A DNA stretch of 57,594 nucleotides, from NCBI GenBank assembly GCA_016235455.1, contig JACRKZ010000047.1, positions 1-57,594 on the forward strand. Direction: 5' to 3'. The notes under the pieces are model-generated. The model was given only the letters and a program-made list of their open reading frames with translations, was not told where the DNA came from and searched no databases. The position numbers and the translations under genes were made by a program. Below, in pieces: positions 9,879 to 17,934 of this stretch. Each line of letters opens with the position of its first letter. The stretch's first letter is position 1. This DNA is from Armatimonadota bacterium. Lineage in GTDB: Bacteria > Armatimonadota > UBA10988.

Positions 9879-11098
9879 GTCAGCTCCCCGTCGGATGTGA
9901 CGGCCAGTCGGCCCGTAGCCAGCCGAATCTCGGCCTGCGCACCGGGCGGCAAATCGTTCGGGCATTGTACCACCCGATCATCGTTGCGCCGCAGCACGAT
10001 GGCGTAGCCGCGGCCCAGCACGCGGGTCGGGTCCAGCGCGTCCAGCGTCTTGGACAGGCCGTCGAGCCGCGTCGCGGCGTGCGCCAGGCGGCCGACCGCC
10101 GAACGGCCCAGCCGCGCGGACAGCTCGTCGACGCTCTGCCGGCGACTGTCCAGCAGCATCTCGGGCGAAGCCAGCACGCGGCGCGCGGCCACCAGCGCGA
10201 AGCGCGACCGCGCGGCCTGCAGTTGCCGGCTCAGCGTGCCGGCCAGGCGGCGACCCAACCCGTCGAGCCCGGCGCGCACCTCAGCCACATCGGGCACGGC
10301 CAGCTGCGCGGCATGGCTCGGCGTGGCGGCGCGGGCGTCGGCCACGAAGTCGCAGATGGTCACGTCGGTCTCATGACCAACACAGGAGATGACTGGCACC
10401 CGACTGGCCGCCACGGCGCGGGCCACGGGCTCCTCGTTGAAGGCCCACAGGTCCTCGATGCTGCCGCCGCCGCGACCGAACAGAATCACGTCGACGCCGC
10501 CGACGCGGTTTGCCTGATCCAGTGCGCGCACCAGGCTCGGCGCCGCTTCCTGGCCCTGGACCACCGCGGGGATGAGCAGCACCTTCACGGCCGGCCAGCG
10601 TGTGCGCAGGATGCTGAGCATGTCGCGCACCGCCGCGCCCGTCGGAGACGTGATGACGGCCACGCGCTTGGGAATCACCGGCAGCGGCTTGCGGCGTTCC
10701 GGGTCGAACAGCCCTTCACCGGCCAATCGCGCCTTGAGCCGCTCGAAGGCCTCGAACAGGGCGCCGGCGCCGTCGTGCGCCATGGCCTCCACGTAGAGCT
10801 GGTACTCGCCGCGCTTCTCGTAGACATCGACGCGGCCGGCGGCCTTGACCGCCATGCCGTCGGAGGGCTGGAAGCGCAGGCGCTGAGCGGCCGAGCGGAA
10901 CATCACCGCCGACAGTTCCCCGCCCGCGTCCTTGAGGGTGAAGTAGCAGTGGCCGGAGCTGTACGGGCGCCAGTTGCTGATCTCGCCGCGCACGGTGACA
11001 TGGGACAGCGTGGGGTCGCCCGTCAGCAGTTGCTTGACGCGCTGGTTGACGTCGCTCACCGACAGCGAGCGGTCCCCGGCGGGGCCATCGGCGATCAT
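9875..11098 (-). CDS. xseA: Exodeoxyribonuclease VII large subunit
   Basis: VRGEISN..SGHCYFTLKD, TSPTGAAVRD, RGGGSIEDLWAFNEE, VGHETD, TPS.AA. Confidence 0.97.
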   Translation of the reverse strand: MIADGPAGDRSLSVSDVNQRVKQLLTGDPTLSHVTVRGEISNWRPYSSGHCYFTLKDAGGELSAVMFRSAAQRLRFQPSDGMAVKAAGRVDVYEKRGEYQLYVEAMAHDGAGALFEAFERLKARLAGEGLFDPERRKPLPVIPKRVAVITSPTGAAVRDMLSILRTRWPAVKVLLIPAVVQGQEAAPSLVRALDQANRVGGVDVILFGRGGGSIEDLWAFNEEPVARAVAASRVPVISCVGHETDVTICDFVADARAATPSHAAQLAVPDVAEVRAGLDGLGRRLAGTLSRQLQAARSRFALVAARRVLASPEMLLDSRRQSVDELSARLGRSAVGRLAHAATRLDGLSKTLDALDPTRVLGRGYAIVLRRNDDRVVQCPNDLPPGAQAEIRLATGRLAVTSDGELT

Positions 11099-11553
11099 TG
11101 CGGGTCCGTGGTCTGGGTCTCGTCGCCTTGGCCACGCGCCAGATTGCCCAGAATGCCGTTGATGAAGCGGGGCGACTCATCGGTGCCGTAGCGTTTGGCC
11201 AGTTCCACGGCTTCGTTGATGCTCACGCCCACGGGGATGTCGTCGCGGTACAGCACTTCGTAGGCCGACAGCCGCAACACGGCGCGGTCGGCCGACGCCA
11301 TGCGCTCCACGGTCCAGCCTGCGGCGAGTTTGTCGAGTTTGACATCGATCTGATCGCGCAGCACCCAGGCGCCCACCGCGAGATTGCTGGCCCACTCCCA
11401 GGTACCCGGCGCCAGCGCCGTCTCGCTGCGCTCCAGGGCCAGGATATCGTCGAACGGCACCACGCCCTGGTCGGCTTGGAAGACCAGCTTGAAGGCTTCC
11501 TCGCGCGCCAGACGGCGCTCGCGGATGCTGAGCTGTGCCTCAGCGCTGGGCAT
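11095..11553 (-). CDS. nusB: Transcription antitermination factor NusB
   Basis: RRLAREEAF, W..ERM..DRAVLRL, INEAVELAKRYG..ESPRFINGILG. ATG 11553 preferred over GTG 11583. Confidence 0.95.
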   Translation of the reverse strand: MPSAEAQLSIRERRLAREEAFKLVFQADQGVVPFDDILALERSETALAPGTWEWASNLAVGAWVLRDQIDVKLDKLAAGWTVERMASADRAVLRLSAYEVLYRDDIPVGVSINEAVELAKRYGTDESPRFINGILGNLARGQGDETQTTDPQ

Positions 11554-12937
11554 GGTCACTCGTCCCGTTGCCACCTTCGCCACCCACCAACTCGTGCCAA
11601 CGCTTGGCCATGAAGCTGGTGCTCAGTTCGCCGCGCTGGAAGAACGCGTTCTGCAGGATGCGGCGCTGGAGCGGCAGCGTGGTGGTCACGCCGTCGATCT
11701 CCAACTCGCGCAGGGCGCGGTCCATGCGGGCGATGGCCATATCGCGGTCCGGCGCCCAGACGCAGACCTTGGCCAGCAGCGGATCGTAGAACAGCGGCAC
11801 CTCGTAGCCGGGGTAGATGTGGCTGTCGATACGCACGCCGGGTCCGCCAGGCCAGTTGCAGCGCTCAATGAAGCCGCTGCACGGCCGGAAGTCCTGGGCG
11901 GCGTCCTGCGCCGCGATGCGGCACTCGATGGCGTGGCCGCGGAACTCGATGTCCTTCTGGCGCAGCGTCAGCGGCTCGCCCGCGGCGATGCGGATCTGCT
12001 CGCGCACCAGATCCAGGCCCGTGACCAGCTCGGTCACAGGGTGCTCCACCTGGATGCGCGTGTTCATCTCGAGGAAGTAGAAGCTGCCGTCGTGGTCGAC
12101 CATGCACTCCACGGTGCCGGCGCTCACGTAGCCCACGGCCTTGGCCGCCTTCACCGCGGCGTCGCCCATGCGCTGGCGCAGCCGCTCGTTGACGAACGGC
12201 GAGGGCGACTCCTCGAGCACCTTCTGGTGCCGCGTGGTCTGGATGCTGCACTCGCGCTCGCCCAGGTGGACGGTGCGGTGGTCGCGGTCGGCCAGGATCT
12301 GGATCTCGATGTGGCGCGGCTCGTGCAGGTACTTCTCCACGAAGCAATCGCCGTTGCCAAATGCCGCCAGCGCCTCGTTCTCGGCGGCCTTGAGGCCCGA
12401 GATGAGCTGGTCGCGGTTGTGAGCAATGCGGATGCCGCGTCCGCCGCCGCCGGCCGAGGCCTTGATCATCACCGGGTAGCCGTTGACCCGCGCGAAGTCG
12501 AGCGCCTCCTGGGCGTTGTCGCTGTGCACGATGCCGGTGCCGGGGATGATGGGGATGCCAGCATCCTTCATGCGGCGGCGGGCCTCGTGCTTGTGGCCCA
12601 TGGCCTCAATAGCGCTGGCCGGCGGACCGATGAAGGTCAGGCCGTTCTCCGCGACGATCTCGGCGAAGTGCGCCTTCTCCGCCAGGCCGCCGTAGCCGGG
12701 ATGGATGGCTTCGGCGCCGGTGGTCTTGGCGGCCATGATGATGTTGGGGATGTTCAGGTACGAGTCGCGCATGGGGCTGGCCCCGATGCACACCGACTGG
12801 TCCGCCAACTGCACATGCCGGCTGTGGCGGTCGGCCTGGCCATACACGGCCACGGTCTCGACGCCCAGCTCACGGCAGGCGCGGATCACCCTCAGGGCAA
12901 TCTCGCCCCGATCACAGATGAGGATACGATTGAACAC
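11540..12937 (-). CDS. accC: Biotin carboxylase subunit of acetyl/acyl-CoA carboxylase
   Basis: RGEIALRVIRAC, IHPGYG, KASAGGGGRG, PRHIEIQ, ERECSIQ, FLEMNTRIQVEHPVTE. Confidence 0.93.
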   Translation of the reverse strand: MFNRILICDRGEIALRVIRACRELGVETVAVYGQADRHSRHVQLADQSVCIGASPMRDSYLNIPNIIMAAKTTGAEAIHPGYGGLAEKAHFAEIVAENGLTFIGPPASAIEAMGHKHEARRRMKDAGIPIIPGTGIVHSDNAQEALDFARVNGYPVMIKASAGGGGRGIRIAHNRDQLISGLKAAENEALAAFGNGDCFVEKYLHEPRHIEIQILADRDHRTVHLGERECSIQTTRHQKVLEESPSPFVNERLRQRMGDAAVKAAKAVGYVSAGTVECMVDHDGSFYFLEMNTRIQVEHPVTELVTGLDLVREQIRIAAGEPLTLRQKDIEFRGHAIECRIAAQDAAQDFRPCSGFIERCNWPGGPGVRIDSHIYPGYEVPLFYDPLLAKVCVWAPDRDMAIARMDRALRELEIDGVTTTLPLQRRILQNAFFQRGELSTSFMAKRWHELVGGEGGNGTSDHAQR

Positions 12938-12944
12938 ACCCGAC

Positions 12945-13274
12945 CTACCTGACCAGCGCCACCTTGCCCGTCGCCGGGTCGTAGACGTACTTGCAGTTCT
13001 TGAGCTCGGAAGCGGGCAGACCCGACTCCTTGATGACCGCGGCCAGATCGGGCGGGTACTTCTCGTTGGTCGAGGCGTACATCGTCACCGCCTGGTTGAG
13101 CTGCCCCAGGTACTGCTCGCACGCGGAATCCTCAGCGCGATCGAGCGCCTTGCCGTACGTCGTGGTGCGCTTGCCGTGCTCGGTGGGCGTGAGATGCTTC
13201 TGCTCCTCGGTGACACAACCCGAGATACACACCACCAGGCTGACCAACCCGATCGCCAACAGCAGATCTCTCAT
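12945..13274 (-). CDS. Small lipoprotein with a pilin/pseudopilin-like helical segment
   Basis: Hydrophobic leader with lipobox ISG-C, then C..YL.QL..A..MY......YP..L and YVYDPATGKV. ATG 13274 overlaps the accB stop (ATGA). Confidence 0.6.
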   Translation of the reverse strand: MRDLLLAIGLVSLVVCISGCVTEEQKHLTPTEHGKRTTTYGKALDRAEDSACEQYLGQLNQAVTMYASTNEKYPPDLAAVIKESGLPASELKNCKYVYDPATGKVALVR

Positions 13275-13825
13275 GGCTCGTCTGTCTCCTCGGGCGAGTC
13301 CGCGCAACTGCCGTCGGGCTCGTCGCAGATCTCGATGTGGAACAGCGACTGGCCGAACTCGACCGGATCGCCGTCCTCGACGAAGACACCCAGGATGCGG
13401 CCGCCGACCGAGGCATCGACCTCGTCGAAGACCTTCATGCTCTCAATGCTGCCGAGTTGCTGACCTGCCGCCACCCAGTCGCCCACCTGCACCAGATGCT
13501 CGCCCTGTTCGGCCCGAGCGCGGCGGAAGTAGCCCACTCTGTGCGCCAGGAGGATCTCGGTGGCAGGTTCGGCCGGCTCGCCGCTGACGGTCACCGCGCC
13601 CTCGGAGCCAAGCGCCATCGGCAGCAGGGCGCCGGTGGTCAACGCCAGGGGCGTGACATCGGTGCTCAGATCGGTCTCGCCGCCGGCCCCCACGCCAACC
13701 GCGAACTCGGTCGTGCCTGGCTGACGGCGCAGCGTGATGCCGCGCTCGCCACGGCGGACGGTCACCTCGCTGACGGAGGTGCCACCGACCAGCCGAGCCA
13801 ACTGCTCGATGTACTCAAGGTCCAA
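13271..13825 (-). CDS. accB: Biotin carboxyl carrier protein
   Basis: TTG 13825 (MDLEYIEQL) after GAGGGAG. Biotinylation motif IESMKVFDEV and V.DG.PVEFGQ.LF. Lies between efp and accC. Confidence 0.85.
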   Translation of the reverse strand: MDLEYIEQLARLVGGTSVSEVTVRRGERGITLRRQPGTTEFAVGVGAGGETDLSTDVTPLALTTGALLPMALGSEGAVTVSGEPAEPATEILLAHRVGYFRRARAEQGEHLVQVGDWVAAGQQLGSIESMKVFDEVDASVGGRILGVFVEDGDPVEFGQSLFHIEICDEPDGSCADSPEETDEP

Positions 13826-13853
13826 AGTTTGCACTCCCTCGAAGCTGCGCACG

Positions 13854-13877
13854 GCGATCCGCCCGCGGGCGGATCGC
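13854..13877. repeat. Perfect 24-bp palindrome between efp and accB
   Basis: GCGATCCGCCCGCGGGCGGATCGC equals its own reverse complement; no U-tract. Confidence 0.8.
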
Positions 13878-13893
13878 ACGCCGCGGCGCCGGG

Positions 13894-14460
13894 TTAGGAC
13901 TTGGCGCGCTCGATGTACTCGCCGCTGCGCGTGTCGACCTTGATCTTGTCGCCCACGTTGATGAACAGCGGCACGGTGACCGTGGCGCCCGAGGCGACCC
14001 GGCACGGCTTGGAGCCGCCCGAGGCGGTGTCGCCGCGCAGGCCCGGGTCCGTGTCGACCACTTCGACGTCGATCGTGTTGGGCAGGTCAACGCCCATGAT
14101 CTTCTCGCCCCACCAGCAGATCATCACATCGATGCCGTCCATCAACCACTGGGTCTGGTCGCCGATGATGTCCTTGGTGAGCTCGGTCTGCTCAAAGGTT
14201 TCCATGTCCATGAACGTGTACGTGTCGCCCGAGGCGAACAGGTACTGCATGGTGCGGCGCTCGAGGATGGCCTGTTCCATCTTCTCGCCCGCGCGGAAGG
14301 TCTTATCGATCGTCTTACCACTCTTCACAGCCTGCAGCTTGGAGCGCACGAAGGCGCCGCCCTTGCCCGGCTTGACGTGCTGGAAGTCGATGATCCGCCA
14401 CACTTCACCATCAATGACAATGGTGATGCCGTTTTTGAAATCGCTGGTGTCAATCGCCAT
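13894..14460 (-). CDS. efp: Elongation factor P (Lys-type loop)
   Basis: FQHVKPGKGGAFVR, TDPGLRGDTASGGSKP, VPLFINVGDKIKVDTRSGEYIER. Confidence 0.98.
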   Translation of the reverse strand: MAIDTSDFKNGITIVIDGEVWRIIDFQHVKPGKGGAFVRSKLQAVKSGKTIDKTFRAGEKMEQAILERRTMQYLFASGDTYTFMDMETFEQTELTKDIIGDQTQWLMDGIDVMICWWGEKIMGVDLPNTIDVEVVDTDPGLRGDTASGGSKPCRVASGATVTVPLFINVGDKIKVDTRSGEYIERAKS

Positions 14461-14507
14461 CTGGGAGCCCTGTTTTTGCTGGTTTTCGCCGTTCGACGCA
14501 AGCAGGG

Positions 14508-14536
14508 ATCCTACCCCATCGCCCCCTGCTTGTCAA
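14508..14536 (-). promoter_or_regulatory. Sigma70-type promoter of the efp operon
   Basis: Minus strand TTGACA (14536-14531), 17 nt, TAGGAT (14513-14508). Confidence 0.7.
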
Positions 14537-14655
14537 CGCACGCTCGCCGCTGCCCAGCCGATTCGGGGCGTCATTGAGCGCTGGATCAGCACCCGCGCGC
14601 CGTCTGGCAGGAGCCCGGACCGCCGCCGCGAATGCCCTCGCCGGAGTACCTTCGC

Positions 14656-16050
14656 ATGTTCCGACGACTGCTCATGAGCGCCTGCGCGGCGCTGTTCCTG
14701 CTCGCGCCGGCGCGCGCGCTGCCCGTCTCCGGCCTGGTCTACCGCGATACCGATGGCAACGGCCGGCACGACGCGGCCGAGCCCGGCTGGGCTGGCGTGG
14801 CCGTCACCGACGGCCTGACCTTCGCGGTCACCGGCGCCGACGGTCGCTATGCGTTCGAGGCCCAGGTCGACCCGTTGCGCGGCGAGAGGGCCGCGCCGCT
14901 GCTCACCGTCTGCTGGCCGTCGGGCTGCTGGCCCAGCACGGCGCGCTATCGCCTGGTGGCCGCCGACGCCGATGCCAAGAGCATCGACTTCGGGCTCAAA
15001 CCGGCCGAGCAGAGGCTGCCGTTCCGCTTCGTCCACGCCACCGACCTGCACGCGCCGCGTGGGGGCGAGGCGAAGATCAGGGACTTCCGCGCCGAGGTCG
15101 CCGCGATCCGCGCCGAGCAGGCCTTCTGCGTGCTTACCGGTGATCTGGTCGACCTGTCCGACAGCCACACCTACGAGCAGGGCCAGGCCGAGTGGGGCTT
15201 CTTCGCCCAACAGATGACCGACTTTCCGGTGCCCTGGTTGGCGGTCACCGGCAACCACGACATCGCCGGCGTGCGGGCCAAGACCGGCTGGGATGTCGAG
15301 AACCCCGACTACGGCTATGGCTTCTACGACCGTATCGTCGGGCCGCTGCGCTGGTCGTTCGATTATGCCGGCGTGCATTTCGTCGCGGTCGACTACAACG
15401 CCAAGGTCAACGGCAACTGGGCCTGGGGTGTGCCGCAGTCGGCCATCGACTGGCTCAAACTCGACCTGGCGCGGGTCAAGCCCGGCCAGCGCACGTACCT
15501 GTTCGTGCACTACCCCACCGTGCCCAACCCGGCCTTCGCCGAACTGGTCAGCCGGGCCAAGGTGACCGGCATCTTCACCGGCCACGCCCATACCGACCGC
15601 GCGCTGGACGTGCGCGGCGTGCCGGCGCTGATCGGCGGCTCGGTCAGCCAGGTGTTCGACGACAAGGACCGCGAGACAGGCTGCCGCCTGGTCGAGATCA
15701 CGGCCGACGGCTTTGACAGCTTCTACAAGACGACCGGCAAGCCCCACGCCGTGACCATCGACTACCCGCGCTACAACACCACGCTCAAGCCCGACGACAC
15801 GGTGCGCGGCGCGTTCTACGACCACGACCGAACCATCACGAGACTGGAGGTGGCCTACGGCGAGGTCAAGGCCGAGGTGCCGTTCACACGCAGCAGCCTG
15901 GCCTGCTCGTTCGCGGCCAAACTCGACTTGAGCGCCCTGGCCGACGGCACCTACCCGCTCACCATCACGCTCAGCGGCGGCGGGCAGACCTTCAGCCACA
16001 GCTTCAGGTACGCCTTCGCCAAGCCCCAACCCAAGCCCGAGCCCAAGTAG
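14656..16050 (+). CDS. Exported calcineurin-like metallophosphoesterase with N-terminal Ig/SdrD-like segment
   Basis: Signal peptide; YRDTDGNGRHDAAEPG; metal motifs TDLH, TGDLVD, GNHD, FVHYP, TGHAH. ATG 14656 follows GGAG. Confidence 0.85.
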   Translation: MFRRLLMSACAALFLLAPARALPVSGLVYRDTDGNGRHDAAEPGWAGVAVTDGLTFAVTGADGRYAFEAQVDPLRGERAAPLLTVCWPSGCWPSTARYRLVAADADAKSIDFGLKPAEQRLPFRFVHATDLHAPRGGEAKIRDFRAEVAAIRAEQAFCVLTGDLVDLSDSHTYEQGQAEWGFFAQQMTDFPVPWLAVTGNHDIAGVRAKTGWDVENPDYGYGFYDRIVGPLRWSFDYAGVHFVAVDYNAKVNGNWAWGVPQSAIDWLKLDLARVKPGQRTYLFVHYPTVPNPAFAELVSRAKVTGIFTGHAHTDRALDVRGVPALIGGSVSQVFDDKDRETGCRLVEITADGFDSFYKTTGKPHAVTIDYPRYNTTLKPDDTVRGAFYDHDRTITRLEVAYGEVKAEVPFTRSSLACSFAAKLDLSALADGTYPLTITLSGGGQTFSHSFRYAFAKPQPKPEPK

Positions 16051-16105
16051 CGCTTGGCTGAACGATCGAGCCGCGCCACGGCACTCGCTTCCAGCCAAAT
16101 CGCGC

Positions 16106-16151
16106 TTGACAAACAAACGCCCGTTTGCATACAATTGCGAACAGGCGTTTG
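16106..16151 (+). promoter_or_regulatory. Sigma70 promoter with two Gram-positive-type LexA (SOS) boxes
   Basis: TTGACA 16106-16111, 18 nt, TACAAT 16130-16135. CAAAC-GCCC-GTTTG (16114-16127) lies in the spacer and CGAAC-AGGC-GTTTG (16138-16151) just after the -10. Confidence 0.85.
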
Positions 16152-16169
16152 TGCTTTGGGAGTGGTGCG

Positions 16170-17360
16170 ATGGCGCGGACGGTGCTGCATGTGGAGTTGC
16201 CGGGCGTGCATGTAGCGGCGGCGGTGGAGTTGGGGTTGGTCTCCGCGGAGTCGCCGGTAGTGGTCTATCGCGACGAGCGCGTGTTGGATCTGTCGGCGCT
16301 GCCGTGGTTGCGGCGGGGCCAGGCTTTGCGGCAGGCGCAGCGTTTGGCGCCGGCGGCGGAATTTGTGCCGGCGGGGGTGCTGGCGGGCGCGGAGACGTAT
16401 CGAGCGGCGTGGGATGAACTGCTGCGGATCGGGCCTAGTGTGGAGCCGACGGCATGGCATGCGGGGTATGTGGAGGTGACCGGCTGTCTGCCCAAGCGCG
16501 GGGTGAACGCGCATTTGGCGGCGCTGGCGGGGCGTTTGCAGGCGGTGACGCAGCAGCCGCCGGCGCAGGGAGTGAGCGTGAACAAGCTCATTGCGCGGCA
16601 CGCTTCGCAATGGGGCAAGGTGGTCGGCGCGAGCGAGGCCGTGGGCTTTCTGCACGAGCAGCGGCTGCGCCCTTCGGCCGGGCTGACGGCGCCCATGATC
16701 GAACTGCTCGACGAGTTGGGCTGCCATCGTTGGAGTGAGGTGAGCGAGGTGCCCGAGCCACGGCTGCGGGCCTTGTTTGGCGTGCGCGGAACGCTGGTGC
16801 ATCGCTGGTCGCAGGGCGTCGATCCGCGACCGGTTAAGGCGCGCTATCCGCCCCCGGTGGAGACCGCGCGGGCGCTGTTGGAGCCCGAGCAGCGCGAGGC
16901 CTGGCTGGGTACCATGGAGCAATTGGTGACCACGCTGTCGGGCCGTTTGAAGCGGCGGGGCGAACTGGCCACGGAGGTGGTACTGGCGCTGGGCCTGCGC
17001 GCGGGCAGTGGGCCGGGTCTGCGCCGCAATGTGCAGCGCGTGTTCCGGCGCCGGTTGGCGCGGGGCATCGACAGCGCGCCCCGGCTGAGCCAGATCGTGC
17101 TGGGCCTGCTGCCCATGGATATCGATCCACTGTCCATCGAGGAGATCCGCCTCACGTTGCGCGGTCTGCGTTCGGCGGCGGCGGTGCAGGGCGTGCTGTT
17201 CCTCGACGAGCGCGAGGAACGCAGCCATCTGCTCGACGGTGCGCTGTCACGCGTGCGCTCGCGCTATGGCCTGTCAGGCCTGGGCTATGTGCCGGAGATG
17301 GTCGAGACCCGGCAACGCCTGGCCGAAGCGATCTGGGATATGGAGGAAGCGCTGCGCTGA
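16170..17360 (+). CDS. Catalytically inactive Y-family DNA polymerase homolog (ImuB/ImuY-like)
   Basis: Follows the DinB layout, but catalytic carboxylates are lost (LHVELPG for HVDMD; EPTAWHAGY for EPLSLDEAY). Keeps GVSVNKLIAR, clamp-like QGVLF and tail LDGALSRVRSRYG. ATG 16170 follows GGGAG. Confidence 0.8.
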   Translation: MARTVLHVELPGVHVAAAVELGLVSAESPVVVYRDERVLDLSALPWLRRGQALRQAQRLAPAAEFVPAGVLAGAETYRAAWDELLRIGPSVEPTAWHAGYVEVTGCLPKRGVNAHLAALAGRLQAVTQQPPAQGVSVNKLIARHASQWGKVVGASEAVGFLHEQRLRPSAGLTAPMIELLDELGCHRWSEVSEVPEPRLRALFGVRGTLVHRWSQGVDPRPVKARYPPPVETARALLEPEQREAWLGTMEQLVTTLSGRLKRRGELATEVVLALGLRAGSGPGLRRNVQRVFRRRLARGIDSAPRLSQIVLGLLPMDIDPLSIEEIRLTLRGLRSAAAVQGVLFLDEREERSHLLDGALSRVRSRYGLSGLGYVPEMVETRQRLAEAIWDMEEALR

Positions 17361-17367
17361 CTGCCCG

Positions 17368-17617
17368 GAGCACCTGTTCGTAGTTCCACCTTCAGGCGAG
17401 TGGCGATTCCACCGACGGTCGCCAGCCCGAACCAGTGTCGGACCGCCATGCGCCTCCTGCGTGGCATCGGGTCGAAGACCCGACATTCCCAACGGCGTCT
17501 ACCGCCCGTCGGCCTGCGGCCGATGCCAATCTGGAGATTGGCGTACCGGCACCCGCGGCGCTGATCCCGAGTGGAAGCGCCATTCGCCTCGAGGCGGAAC
17601 TACGAAACAGGCGCCCA
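17368..17617. repeat. REPIN/MITE-like element with ~40-bp imperfect terminal inverted repeats and internal hairpins
   Basis: Arms 17373-17412 and 17571-17611 are near reverse complements and carry GTAGTTCC(A/G)CCT..AGGCG. Internal hairpins at 17467-17483, 17509-17523 and 17525-17542. Confidence 0.8.
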
Positions 17618-17629
17618 CCCTGACGAACC

Positions 17630-17866
17630 ATGCGACGCTTACACGAAACCATCGAAGTGCGCAGCAACACGCGCGGTGAGCCGATAGCGTTCACCACGCG
17701 CGGCGGGGTGCATCGTGTCGAGCACGTGGTCGATCACTGGTTCGAGAGCGGGCGCTGGTGGGATGGCGAGCCGCGCAAGGCGTTCTGGCGAGTCGATGCG
17801 GGCGGGCTGTTCGACCTGTCCTGCGATGAGCAGCGACAGTGGCGACTGGAACTGGCTTGGGATTGA
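17630..17866 (+). CDS. DUF6504-like small protein
   Basis: 78 aa: P.AF......HRVEHVVDHWFESGRWW...FWRV....FDL......WRL...WD, a pattern recalled from small proteins beside imuB/dnaE2 genes. Confidence 0.75.
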   Translation: MRRLHETIEVRSNTRGEPIAFTTRGGVHRVEHVVDHWFESGRWWDGEPRKAFWRVDAGGLFDLSCDEQRQWRLELAWD

Positions 17867-17870
17867 AGCC

Positions 17871-17899
17871 TTGACACCCCGTGCGCGGCTAACTACCCT
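17871..17899 (+). promoter_or_regulatory. Sigma70-type promoter of the LacI regulator
   Basis: TTGACA 17871-17876, 17 nt, TACCCT 17894-17899. Confidence 0.6.
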
Positions 17900-17934
17900 T
17901 GCTCCGTGCAGACCGCTGCTGGAAAGGTACGAGA

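Noticed and set aside
16170-17360. Active DNA polymerase IV (dinB)
   Set aside because: The catalytic Asp/Asp/Glu positions are replaced.
17368-17617. Possible CRISPR array or autonomous IS
   Set aside because: The repeats are inverted, not direct and regularly spaced; there is no cas or transposase ORF.
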